Source of the DNA: a candidate division WWE3 bacterium RIFOXYD1_FULL_43_17
GTDB lineage: Bacteria > Patescibacteriota > WWE3 > UBA101185 > UBA10185
NCBI GenBank assembly: GCA_001773385.1
Contig: MEWJ01000059.1
Coordinates: forward strand, 1-56,170
Reading direction: 5' to 3'
Length of the DNA: 56,170 nucleotides
Position 1 is the first letter of the stretch, and each line of letters opens with the position of its first letter. This document shows positions 18,470 through 27,864 of the stretch, one piece after another. Below the pieces are notes generated by a model. That model saw only the letters and a program-made list of their open reading frames with translations, did not search any database and was not told the origin of the DNA. A program made the translations under genes and the position numbers.

Positions 18470-21343
18470 ATGGATAAAAAAGAGAACCCAAGTCAAAACA
18501 TATCAATACCTCAGATGGAAGAAGAAACACTTGAGTATTGGCTGCAGAATAAGATTTTTGAAAAGTCCGTAGAGAAAAATCCCAAAGAAAATTTATATGT
18601 GTTTTACGACGGACCTCCTTTCATCTCCGGTCTTCCGCATTATGGCCATCTCCTCGGTTCAATAGCCAAAGATATCATCCCCAGGTATTGGACAATGAAA
18701 GGTAAAAGAGTTGAGAGAGTTTGGGGCTGGGACGCCCACGGTTTGACGGTAGAAAATAAAGTACAAAAAAAGTTCGGGATTAAGAACAGGCGCGATATCG
18801 AAAAATTCGGTTTGGAGAAATTTACACAGGAGTGTTACAACTACACACGCGAAACTTCGGCTGAGTGGGACTGGTACGTTAATAAAATCGGAAGATGGGT
18901 CGATATTAAAAACGCCTACAGAACAACCGATAAAAGTTACATGGAATCCGTGATGTGGACCTTCAAGCAACTTTACGACAAAGGTCTGGTATATGAAGGC
19001 ATCCGAACATCTTTATACTGCACTAAATGCGGCACACCGGTTTCAAATTTCGAGATTGCAATGGACAACTCATACAAAGATGTTGAGGATCCGGCAATTA
19101 TCGTTAAATTTAAAATAACTTCAGAAGGAGAATTTAAAGACGCCTTCGCCTTGGCATGGACAACAACTCCCTGGACTATTCCTTCTAACCGCGCTTTGGT
19201 CGTGGATAAAGATGCGGATTACACTCTTGTTGAAAGTGAGCATACTCTTTACATTACCGCGGAAGCCCGTAATAACGACGTTTTCCTGGACAAGGAATAT
19301 AAAGTACTTAAAAAAATAAAAGGGAGCGGATTAGTGGGTTTAAAATACGAGCCCCCGTTCAGATTTTATTCGTCAAAAGACGGTGAGTTTGAAATATATC
19401 ATTACGACGGAATGGTGAGCATGGAAGAAGGTACGGGAATAGTTCACAGTGCTCCGGGCTTCGGGGAAGTTGACTCGGAGATGGGAAAACATTTCGGTCT
19501 TACATTAATGCTGACCATAGACGATGAGGGAAAATTTTTACCCGGAACCGAAAAAGAAAATCCGTACACCGGAGTTTTTTATAAAGATGCGGACGAACCG
19601 CTAATAAATGATATGACGGAGGCAGGAGTTCTGTTCAGAAGCGAAAAAGTAGTTCACAGGTTTCCTTACCACGATAGATGCGATACTTTGCTTATCCAGC
19701 GAGCTCAACAAAGCTGGTTCCTCGACGTCGCTTCTTTAAAACCCAGAATGTCTGAGTTGAACGAAAAAATTAACTGGGTCCCTGAACATCTTAAACACGG
19801 AAGATTCGGGCAGAACATTCAACAGCAGCCTGACTGGTGTATTTCAAGAAACAGATACTGGGCAACACCGATGCCTGTTTGGGAAGCTGACGACGGGGAC
19901 AGAATTGTCGTTTCCTCAGTAAAAGAAATAGAAGAATTGTCCGGTCAAAAAGTCGAAGATCTGCACCGTCCGTATATCGACAAAATAATAATTAAAAAGA
20001 ACGGAAAGGACTACAAACGCAGATTGGAAGTGCTTGATTCCTGGCTTGAAGCAGGCTCGATGCCGTGGTCTCAGATACACTATCCCTTTGAGAACAAGGA
20101 AAAGTTCGAGACCAACTACCCCGGCGACTACATTGTTGAATATATCGCTCAGGTTAGGGCGTGGTTTAACGTTATGCACATTCTCTCCACAGCGGTGTTT
20201 GATTCCAATTCTTTTAAAAATGTTATTTCGACCGGTGTTATGGCAGGTTCTGACGGAAGAAAGATGAGCAAGACGTTTAACAACTACGCAGATCCCCGTC
20301 AGGTACTACAGGACTACGGAGGAGATTCGTTAAGACTTTATTTAATGGGGTCACCTCTGATGCTCGGGGAAAATGCAAATTTTGAAGAATCAGAGTTAAG
20401 GACAAAACTCCGCAATGTGTTGAATCCTCTAGGGAACTCAGTGAAATACTTTCAGATGTACGCCACCGTGTTCAAGTGGAAAGATTCGGAGCTTGAAGGT
20501 TCTGACAATATACTGGATGTTTGGGTAATCGCCCGTCTGAATGAAGTAATAAAAGAAATCTCGGTAAATATGGAAGAATATCATGTTGCTGCTGCGGTAA
20601 GAGTAATCGAAGAATTTGTTGATGACCTTTCCAGATGGTACGTGAGAAGATCCCGCGATAGAATATCTGCAGGTGACACAAAAGCGTTGAGCACTTTATA
20701 TACCGTGTTGCTCAACTTTTCTAAGGCTTCCGCTCCGGTCATTCCGTTTATGTCCGAAAACATTTACAGAACTCTTAAAGATTTTTCTGTAAAGGACACC
20801 CAAGAATCGGTTCATCTCGAACAATTTCCCGGATACGACAACGACTTTATATCGTCAAATCAAGGTTTGCTGGAGAATATGAAGAAGGTCAGGGAACTTG
20901 TTTCATACGGACTTTCGATAAGGAGTGACAAAAAAATATCAGTTAGACAGCCTCTGTCCTCCGTAGCGGCTTCCGGCGTAGACGGACTTCCATCCGAACT
21001 TTCAGCGCTTGTGCTCGAAGAGCTTAATGTTAAGGATATTCAGTACGTATCTGAAGTGCCGGCAGCGTATGCTTCGGCGTCCTTCAATAATGTTACCGTC
21101 GGATTAAACACGGAAATTACCGAAGAACTTAGATACGAAGGACTGTCGAGAGACTTTGTCAGAAAAATACAGGAAATGAGAAAAGAGGGCGGATTAAAAG
21201 TCGGAGACATCATCGAAATCACTTATCCTTCGGACCCCGACACAGCAAAAGTTGTAGAACTTTACGGTCAGGAAATTGCGAAGAAAATACAAGCCTCAAA
21301 ACTTGAAGCAGGGCAGGATTTTACGGTCCGAAAAGTTAACTAA
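18470..21343 (+). CDS. ileS: Isoleucyl-tRNA synthetase
   Basis: 957 aa with the HIGH-type motif PHYGHLLG, the KMSKS-type motif RKMSKTF and the CP1 editing-region motif WTTTPWT. Confidence 0.95.
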   Translation: MDKKENPSQNISIPQMEEETLEYWLQNKIFEKSVEKNPKENLYVFYDGPPFISGLPHYGHLLGSIAKDIIPRYWTMKGKRVERVWGWDAHGLTVENKVQKKFGIKNRRDIEKFGLEKFTQECYNYTRETSAEWDWYVNKIGRWVDIKNAYRTTDKSYMESVMWTFKQLYDKGLVYEGIRTSLYCTKCGTPVSNFEIAMDNSYKDVEDPAIIVKFKITSEGEFKDAFALAWTTTPWTIPSNRALVVDKDADYTLVESEHTLYITAEARNNDVFLDKEYKVLKKIKGSGLVGLKYEPPFRFYSSKDGEFEIYHYDGMVSMEEGTGIVHSAPGFGEVDSEMGKHFGLTLMLTIDDEGKFLPGTEKENPYTGVFYKDADEPLINDMTEAGVLFRSEKVVHRFPYHDRCDTLLIQRAQQSWFLDVASLKPRMSELNEKINWVPEHLKHGRFGQNIQQQPDWCISRNRYWATPMPVWEADDGDRIVVSSVKEIEELSGQKVEDLHRPYIDKIIIKKNGKDYKRRLEVLDSWLEAGSMPWSQIHYPFENKEKFETNYPGDYIVEYIAQVRAWFNVMHILSTAVFDSNSFKNVISTGVMAGSDGRKMSKTFNNYADPRQVLQDYGGDSLRLYLMGSPLMLGENANFEESELRTKLRNVLNPLGNSVKYFQMYATVFKWKDSELEGSDNILDVWVIARLNEVIKEISVNMEEYHVAAAVRVIEEFVDDLSRWYVRRSRDRISAGDTKALSTLYTVLLNFSKASAPVIPFMSENIYRTLKDFSVKDTQESVHLEQFPGYDNDFISSNQGLLENMKKVRELVSYGLSIRSDKKISVRQPLSSVAASGVDGLPSELSALVLEELNVKDIQYVSEVPAAYASASFNNVTVGLNTEITEELRYEGLSRDFVRKIQEMRKEGGLKVGDIIEITYPSDPDTAKVVELYGQEIAKKIQASKLEAGQDFTVRKVN

Positions 21344-21362
21344 TTGTGTTATAGTTATAGAT

Positions 21363-22703
21363 ATGCAAGATGTATACCTGTCACTTAATAACAATATTCT
21401 CAGGCTCACGCACATAGGTAAAGAAGGATTAAAAACGTACTCTTCGCAGTTAGACGGAGAGATCGTTACCGATACTAAAATATCTGATATCACACGTTAT
21501 GCAGACGAAGTAAAAAAAGGAATCTCTACGCTTACGAAAACATCCCCGTCAAAATTAAACCTCATTGTAGTAACAGAACCTGAAGACACTATCTTAAGAT
21601 TTATAATGATTAACAAACGCGATGGTGACAAGCAGGAACAGTTGCTTAAAGACATGAAGGCTAAAATCACTGAAGCTCCGCTTGAAGAACTTTACTTTTC
21701 ATATCAGAAAATCGCTCCATTTTTATACCAATTCGTCGGTGTCAGAAAACCATACATGGACAACCTGTTGGAAGTGGCAACTGCCGTCGGTATTTCACTC
21801 AAAAGTGTTGTTCCCTGGTTACTGCTAATGCCTAAGTATGTCGGCACAAACGATCCGGCAGTTTTCATATGCCGTGTTGACGGAAGTCACGCAATGGCCC
21901 TGTCGGAACTTAACGGAATATTTTATAGCGGCGTCAGCAACAAAAAAATTACTGCGGACCAGCTTGAAAGTTTTGTTGGCGAGTTGTCTCTCTATAAGAA
22001 AAAGACGCCTGTAAAAAAAGTTTACACATTGAATTACCAGGATTTTGACGTTAAGGGTTTTGATGTTTCCGAGATAGGATTACCTCCGGTAAATAACGAG
22101 TTTGACGAAGAATTCAAAATTAACATGCTTGTGAACTATATGATGGATACCGACCCCGATGTAAACGGGTGCCAGATGAACCTCCTTAACTTGATGCCCC
22201 TTCCGGAGATAGTGAAGACGAACAAAAGTTTAGTTTACGTGGGCGCGGCTTCGATTTTAGTGGTTGCCGGTGTGTTATCGTTCTTTCTCTTCTTCAATAA
22301 AAACGGGCAAAATAGTAACTCACAGATAGCATCCGGTGGGGATCAGAACAACGTTCTTAGCGAACAGACTTCCCAAAACAACCTGCCCGTTGAGCAGCCG
22401 GTACAGGAATTAAAGAAGGCCGACTTAAAGATAATGGTCTTGAACGGAAGCGGCGTAAATGGCTTAGCTGCAAGGACAAAGACACTTTTAGAAGGTAAAG
22501 GCTACGTAGTGGTGGATATAGATACTGCCGACGAGACACGTGATACCACTTTGATGCGGTTCAAGAAAGACAAACTGACCTTCAAAGAGCTTATACAAGG
22601 TGACACCAAGGAAGAGTTTCCCGAGATCACCGTTGAGGATACCTTGGCGGACACCGAAGCGTACGATGTGCTTATAGTGGCGGGTTCCACAGCCGAACTA
22701 TAG
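21363..22703 (+). CDS. Membrane protein with a C-terminal LytR_C-like domain
   Basis: The start is taken at ATG 21363, because the tracked extension overlaps the ileS 3' end. There is a single TM (LVYVGAASILVVAGVLSFFLFF). The C-terminus (LKIMVLNGSGVNGLAARTKTLLEGKGY) is typical of LytR C-terminal domains. The N-terminal 300 aa are unassigned. Confidence 0.6.
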   Translation: MQDVYLSLNNNILRLTHIGKEGLKTYSSQLDGEIVTDTKISDITRYADEVKKGISTLTKTSPSKLNLIVVTEPEDTILRFIMINKRDGDKQEQLLKDMKAKITEAPLEELYFSYQKIAPFLYQFVGVRKPYMDNLLEVATAVGISLKSVVPWLLLMPKYVGTNDPAVFICRVDGSHAMALSELNGIFYSGVSNKKITADQLESFVGELSLYKKKTPVKKVYTLNYQDFDVKGFDVSEIGLPPVNNEFDEEFKINMLVNYMMDTDPDVNGCQMNLLNLMPLPEIVKTNKSLVYVGAASILVVAGVLSFFLFFNKNGQNSNSQIASGGDQNNVLSEQTSQNNLPVEQPVQELKKADLKIMVLNGSGVNGLAARTKTLLEGKGYVVVDIDTADETRDTTLMRFKKDKLTFKELIQGDTKEEFPEITVEDTLADTEAYDVLIVAGSTAEL

Positions 22704-22785
22704 AACGGAGATAGCTGAGGTTATGGCGGTTTGAAGGGAATTCTTGCCCAAACTTCAAAATTAGTGTAAGATTCCAATGTTTTCT

Positions 22786-23235
22786 ATGGATAAATACGCA
22801 ATAATAAAAATAGGCTCAGCCCAATATAAAGTACACGAAGGGGACACCCTGACTGTCGATAACCAGAACGGCAAAGTAAACGCCGAAGTACTGCTTTTCT
22901 CAGACGGAAAAGAGACCATTTTAGGCGACCCTACAGTAAAAGGTGCTAGCGTGACAATCAAGATAACCGGAGCTACAAGGGGCGACAAGATCGTTGTAGG
23001 AAGGTTCAAATCCAAATCAAGATACAGAAAAGGAAGAGGTTACAGAGACACCCTTTCCGAGCTTTTAGTAGAAAAGATCCAAATGGGCGGAAAAAAAGCT
23101 GAGGAAGAGAAACAGGCGGCGGAAGCCCCTAAAAAGGTAGGTGTAGCAGAAGAAAAGAAACCTATCGTAAAAGCTGCACCCAAAGCGGCCGCAAAAAAGA
23201 CGGTCAAAAAGACAGTTAAAAAGGAGACTAAATAA
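22786..23235 (+). CDS. rplU: 50S ribosomal protein L21 with a Lys/Ala-rich C-terminal extension
   Basis: YAIIKIGSAQYKVHEGDTL..VGRFKSKSRYRKGRGYR is a canonical L21 core. It is followed by about 50 aa of K/A/E-rich tail. Confidence 0.9.
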   Translation: MDKYAIIKIGSAQYKVHEGDTLTVDNQNGKVNAEVLLFSDGKETILGDPTVKGASVTIKITGATRGDKIVVGRFKSKSRYRKGRGYRDTLSELLVEKIQMGGKKAEEEKQAAEAPKKVGVAEEKKPIVKAAPKAAAKKTVKKTVKKETK

Positions 23236-23238
23236 TAT

Positions 23239-23499
23239 ATGGCACATAAAAAAGCAGGTGGATCAAAAGCAAGACAGGGCGGAAATGTATCTGGCAAGAG
23301 GCTTGGTGTTAAAGTGTTCGGCGGATCAGTTGTAAAAGCCGGAGGAATAATCCTAAGACAGCGCGGAAGAACTTTCGCTCCCGGTAAAAACACCGCCATG
23401 GCAAAAGACTTTTCAATATTCAGTAAAGTGGGCGGAATAGTTAAGTTCGCGTGGCTTACAAAGAAGAAAAAGAAGATTGACGTAGAAGAAGCCAAGTAA
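23239..23499 (+). CDS. rpmA: 50S ribosomal protein L27
   Basis: MAHKKAGGSKARQGGNVSGKRLGVKVFGG..ILRQRGRTFAPG is a canonical L27 sequence. Confidence 0.95.
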   Translation: MAHKKAGGSKARQGGNVSGKRLGVKVFGGSVVKAGGIILRQRGRTFAPGKNTAMAKDFSIFSKVGGIVKFAWLTKKKKKIDVEEAK

Positions 23500-23528
23500 T
23501 TTTATCCTGTACCTTTATCCCAGTAGCT

Positions 23529-24083
23529 TTATTTTTCACCATTCAGCAGTCTTATATTATCAAGAGGGTAAAACACACCCAAAGCCCGGCCTATAATAGT
23601 TTCCTTTTGAATGGGTCCCCAATATCTTGAGTCGGTACTTTCAGATCTGTTATCTCCCATAACAATGTAATAATCCCCGGCAATTTTATGTTCCTGACCT
23701 TCCGCCAAAAAATCACCTTCGTGAGTTACCACAATTCCTGACAGATATGTCTCCTCCAGTTTTTCACCGTTTATAAATATGTACCCATTTTGAATTTTTA
23801 TTATTTCACCCGGCAGGCCGATAACACGTTTAACAAGCAGGTCTGATTTGGTTTTCGGGTGCCAGAATATTATTACTTCGCCCCTTTTGATGGGGTCAAA
23901 CTTTATTGACAATTTCTCAGCAATTATCTGCTCTTTGTCATGCAGGTACGGGTACATAGAGCTTCCTGATACTTCAAGGAACTGTCCTACGAGTATATAA
24001 ACGAGCAGAAAAACGGTTGTTCCTATCAACACCAGCTCTATTAAGTCGACCACCATACTTTTAATGCTGAACTTTCGTGCCAT
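23529..24083 (-). CDS. lepB: Signal peptidase I
   Basis: 184 aa with an N-terminal TM and the S26 boxes SGSSMYP (catalytic Ser), KRVIGLPGE (catalytic Lys) and GDNRSESTDSR. Confidence 0.9.
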   Translation of the reverse strand: MARKFSIKSMVVDLIELVLIGTTVFLLVYILVGQFLEVSGSSMYPYLHDKEQIIAEKLSIKFDPIKRGEVIIFWHPKTKSDLLVKRVIGLPGEIIKIQNGYIFINGEKLEETYLSGIVVTHEGDFLAEGQEHKIAGDYYIVMGDNRSESTDSRYWGPIQKETIIGRALGVFYPLDNIRLLNGEK

Positions 24084-24155
24084 AGTGAAATTTTATAACA
24101 GCGACAGCCAAATAACTAGGACGTAAAGGAAAAATGCTGTAAAATAGGGGCGCAC

Positions 24156-24231
24156 GGGTCCGTGGCTCAGTGGTTAGAGCGCTCGGTTCACATCCGAGAG
24201 GTCCCTGGTTCGATCCCAGGCGGGCCCACCA
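24156..24231 (+). tRNA. tRNA-Val (anticodon CAC), CCA encoded
   Basis: A 76-nt cloverleaf folded by hand. Acceptor GGGTCCG/CGGGCCC, anticodon arm CTCGG-TTCACAT-CCGAG, T arm CCTGG-TTCGATC-CCAGG. Confidence 0.9.
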
Positions 24232-25299
24232 TTAGTAATCCTTCGGAGGACATTTCAGGGTATTTAGCATCAGACGTTTTAAAATATCAGGAAAAGGTAT
24301 CTTATACAGATCCTCAAGAATATATCCCATGGCCGTCTGGCATTCTTTTGGCCCGAATGCGGGGTTAGCATTGGCATCTATAAAAAAATATCTCCCGGAA
24401 CCGTCGCGGCGGATATCAAACTTTCCGTAATCCATTAATTTTATAGCGTCAAACGCCGTGAGGACCAATTCTTTTAAGTAAGGATCGTCGTATTTCTCAT
24501 ATTTGAACGTTTCATTTTTGTTAACCCACTGATCATCAAAAGTTAAAAAGACATATTTTTCGTCCGGCTTGTTAAACACCTTTTCCGCTAAATACACTTT
24601 CCTATTTAGACCTTCCAGCACGTAGGCTGTTATTTCGCGTCCGACAATATACTCTTCCACGAGCACGGCCTGTTTATATGTGTCCAGGAGATATTTTATT
24701 CTTGCCCTCATAGCTTTTTCGTTTTCGACCACCGAGTCTTTTGTTATTTCGACCGCTCCGTGGATCTCGTTTAGTTTCACTATGAGCGGGAATCTTAAAT
24801 TATGATCCAGGGGGTCGGAGGATGTCAGAAAGAGCTGAAAGTTAGGTACAGGAACTTTGAACTGATGTAAAAGTTTTTTAACCAAAAATTTGTTGTAGTT
24901 AAGCGCCAGACCTAGTATGTCCGCACCGGTGTATGGCAGCTCCAGTGATTCCAGTATTCCGGGTATGGCTGACGAGAGGTACTCATATCCCTTTATCGAA
25001 TCTACCAGGTTAAAGACCATCTCAGGTTTCAGATTTTTAAGATTTTCAGGCAAATCGGCATTTCCGGGAACGGTGTATGCATTTACTCCTAATCTTTCAG
25101 CGTACTTAGAAATAATGTAAGCATCCTTCTCAGCTTCAGCTTCTGTAATATACTGCTCTTCAGTAGGGAAATATTCCCGTCTGGCATCGCTGTATACAAT
25201 AGCTACAGTTTTAGGAAGTTCGGCGTAACCGTTTCCGTTCCCATTGCTATTACCATTTCCATTTTGCGGCGTTAAATTATTCCGGTCTGCGTTTTCCAT
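24232..25299 (-). CDS. ATP-grasp enzyme of the D-alanine--D-alanine ligase family
   Basis: 355 aa. An N-terminal low-complexity NGNGNSNGNGNG stretch is followed by a Ddl-like pre-ATP-grasp and ATP-grasp layout (VFNLVD..GADILGLALNYNKFLVKKLL..FPLIVKLNEIHGAVEI..FDIRRDGSGRYFFIDANANP). Confidence 0.7.
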   Translation of the reverse strand: MENADRNNLTPQNGNGNSNGNGNGYAELPKTVAIVYSDARREYFPTEEQYITEAEAEKDAYIISKYAERLGVNAYTVPGNADLPENLKNLKPEMVFNLVDSIKGYEYLSSAIPGILESLELPYTGADILGLALNYNKFLVKKLLHQFKVPVPNFQLFLTSSDPLDHNLRFPLIVKLNEIHGAVEITKDSVVENEKAMRARIKYLLDTYKQAVLVEEYIVGREITAYVLEGLNRKVYLAEKVFNKPDEKYVFLTFDDQWVNKNETFKYEKYDDPYLKELVLTAFDAIKLMDYGKFDIRRDGSGRYFFIDANANPAFGPKECQTAMGYILEDLYKIPFPDILKRLMLNTLKCPPKDY

Positions 25300-25327
25300 T
25301 TTATTAATTAAAGTTTAATCGGGAAGG

Positions 25328-26563
25328 TTAGTCAATAAACTCGTCGTACAGAAGATCCCAAAGTTCAGTGTAGCCTCCGTCATAGCCCAGTGCCCAAATT
25401 CCGGCGCCCATTAAATTATTACTTTTAACAAGTTTGTATTTTACCGCAAGCGATCTCTGGTTTTCGTAAAAGACCTGTCTTTGCTGTCCGGTTTCTTCAC
25501 TGATGTAACTAAAATAGGGAACCTGTCCTAAATCGTCCCACATTACCTGGGGCCTGATGTTAATAAGGACGTCCATAATTGTTTCGTAAGATTGGGATTG
25601 AGAGTAGCCGATGTTGTCGTTACCGTCGATTCTTTTTGCGTATTTTTCAGGCTCTCCCACGACCCAGTTGTATCCGTAGTAAGGGACACCGAGCAGCAGT
25701 TTATTTGGCGGTACTACGGCAAGATAATCCTTCAACATCGTTTCAATATCGTATTCGGCATGGATTCCTTTACCGCCAATGGGAGAGACGGGCCCTGCGG
25801 TATCGGAGCTAGGTCTGTGAAAGTCGTACCCCATTATGAAAATACCGTCGCTGTTCCGTGCCAGATTCACAAGATCGGAACTCACACGTTCTTTAACAGG
25901 AGAATCGGCGAAAGCAGAAACAATTACATTTGAATTGCCGTACTTTTTGTCCAGTTCCTGATTTGCATACTTAGTAAACTCAGAGAATTTCCCGGCCATT
26001 TCTTTACCGGTATATCCGGCGTATTCAAAATTCAGGTTGACGTCAGTAATATCCTTTTCATCAAGCTCGGTGTAAATGTTTGTTAATAAAGTATCCCAGC
26101 AACCGCGGCAATTTAAAAATGCGTCGTTGTCTTCATCGTTGTGTGCGACTACTGTGAGCGCAAAATTCACTCCGAACTTTTTGCAGGCCTCTACGAGCTG
26201 TGTGACTTTTTCGTTCTCTTTCCAGTTTCTGTAACCTGGTTCGGCGATCCAAATCCCATCCGCACCCTCCACTGTTTTTACAAAATTACCCTCGCCGTCT
26301 ATATAAATGCCGAAATAGGCCACGTCGGTCAACCTGTCCAATTCTAAATATTCCATACTTTCTAAAGTCCAGTAGGGGAGGTAACCATAAATACGGTACG
26401 CGGGCTTTTTACGCTCTTTGAATAAAGCTAATATGTCGAATGAGCTTGAATACGGGGTCAAAGGATGGTTTTTATAATCCAATCTGCTTATATACAGGCT
26501 AACACCGCCCAATACAGCGACTATAAGAAATAGCACCAAAATTGTTTTAATCTCCGCTCTCAC
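25328..26563 (-). CDS. Membrane-anchored GH18-like (chitinase/YaaH-like) protein with a degenerate DxDxE motif
   Basis: 411 aa with an N-terminal TM and a TIM-barrel-like pattern. The catalytic-motif position reads DVNLNFEY instead of DxxDxDxE (the Glu is kept, two Asp are Asn). The C-terminus MGAGIWALGYD is typical of GH18. Confidence 0.6.
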   Translation of the reverse strand: MRAEIKTILVLFLIVAVLGGVSLYISRLDYKNHPLTPYSSSFDILALFKERKKPAYRIYGYLPYWTLESMEYLELDRLTDVAYFGIYIDGEGNFVKTVEGADGIWIAEPGYRNWKENEKVTQLVEACKKFGVNFALTVVAHNDEDNDAFLNCRGCWDTLLTNIYTELDEKDITDVNLNFEYAGYTGKEMAGKFSEFTKYANQELDKKYGNSNVIVSAFADSPVKERVSSDLVNLARNSDGIFIMGYDFHRPSSDTAGPVSPIGGKGIHAEYDIETMLKDYLAVVPPNKLLLGVPYYGYNWVVGEPEKYAKRIDGNDNIGYSQSQSYETIMDVLINIRPQVMWDDLGQVPYFSYISEETGQQRQVFYENQRSLAVKYKLVKSNNLMGAGIWALGYDGGYTELWDLLYDEFID

Positions 26564-26643
26564 CAGGTAATTTTAAGCGTAAAACCCCAATAAATACAGC
26601 CGTTGTTTTCGGTATAAAGGCTTATAAATGATAGAATTGGTTT

Positions 26644-27864
26644 GTGGCTATTCTAAATATCCGTAGATATAGATTTTGGACAATTCTCCTCTTTCTGGTT
26701 TTAAGTGCAGTCCTGGCATCGGCTCTTGTTTTTATAAAAGAATACAAAAGCTACCTGGCAGAGAAAAAATCATTGGAGGGGGAACAGCGTCAGTCATACA
26801 CAGACAGGCTGCGGGCAGCCGAATCATCGGCCGATTGTGCCGAAGTTCAGGAGGTCGAATATTATACCTACTCCGGTGACGACCCCGAATGGAACGAAAA
26901 TAATAAATTTGGAATATATATTTATGCCGAGGTTGACGAATTTTTTGACCGGGCTGAAGAGCTTGTAAATTCCGGAGATGGCGACTGGGGTTACGTGTTG
27001 ATTCCTTACAACGTGAAGGACAAGAATTTCGAAAAATGGAATAACGTTTTCAAAAAGCTTAATGAGAAGCATTTAATCCCGGTCTTTCAGTTACACGACG
27101 TAGATCCGGATGACTACAAAGATCAGACAGAGGAGTCCGCCGCCTTTTTAAACAGATTTGTGTGGCCTATCAGATACAGGTATATCAGTGTTTACAACGA
27201 ACCTAACGACAGGAAGTTTTGGTATGACCGCGTAGACCCAAAAGAATATGCAGAGATATTGGATTACACAATTGATGTTTTTAAAGAAGAAAACCCCGAT
27301 TTTTTCATGATGAACGGCGCTTTTAACGTCACAGCCCCTTCCGATGACAACCATATGGATTCCTTAGAATATATGAGGCGTATGGAGGTCGCGGAGCCCG
27401 GTATCTTTAAAAAACTGGACGGTTGGGCGTCACACTCTTACCCACAACCGAACTTTTCAGGCGACCCTTATAATGAAGGCCGCTGGAGCATAAAGGCGTA
27501 CGAAACCGAATTAAGCTATCTTAGAAAAGTACTTAAGATAGGAAAGGATCTTCCGGTGTTTATTACTGAGACAGGGTGGGCTCACGCCGAGGGTTCGGAT
27601 TACAACGGAAGTTATTTATCTGTTGATACGATATCCGATTATTTTGAAAAAGCGTTTGAAGATGTTTGGCTTAAAGACGAACGGGTGCGAGCGGTTATGC
27701 CTTTTACAATAAGATATGACCCTCCTTTCGACCACTTCTCGTGGCTTAATGAAGACAACGTTCCTTACAAACATTTCGACGTTGTCAGGGATATGAAAAA
27801 GGAAGAAGGAAAGCCGCCGACACGTATAGTGAATACGATTAAAGTTGGGGGTTGCGCGCAATGA
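26644..27864 (+). CDS. Membrane-anchored clan GH-A (TIM-barrel) glycoside-hydrolase-like protein
   Basis: 406 aa with an N-terminal TM. VYNEPND carries the acid/base Glu in an NEP context, and FITETGWAH carries the nucleophile Glu. These are the two clan GH-A hallmark motifs. GTG start. Confidence 0.55.
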   Translation: MAILNIRRYRFWTILLFLVLSAVLASALVFIKEYKSYLAEKKSLEGEQRQSYTDRLRAAESSADCAEVQEVEYYTYSGDDPEWNENNKFGIYIYAEVDEFFDRAEELVNSGDGDWGYVLIPYNVKDKNFEKWNNVFKKLNEKHLIPVFQLHDVDPDDYKDQTEESAAFLNRFVWPIRYRYISVYNEPNDRKFWYDRVDPKEYAEILDYTIDVFKEENPDFFMMNGAFNVTAPSDDNHMDSLEYMRRMEVAEPGIFKKLDGWASHSYPQPNFSGDPYNEGRWSIKAYETELSYLRKVLKIGKDLPVFITETGWAHAEGSDYNGSYLSVDTISDYFEKAFEDVWLKDERVRAVMPFTIRYDPPFDHFSWLNEDNVPYKHFDVVRDMKKEEGKPPTRIVNTIKVGGCAQ

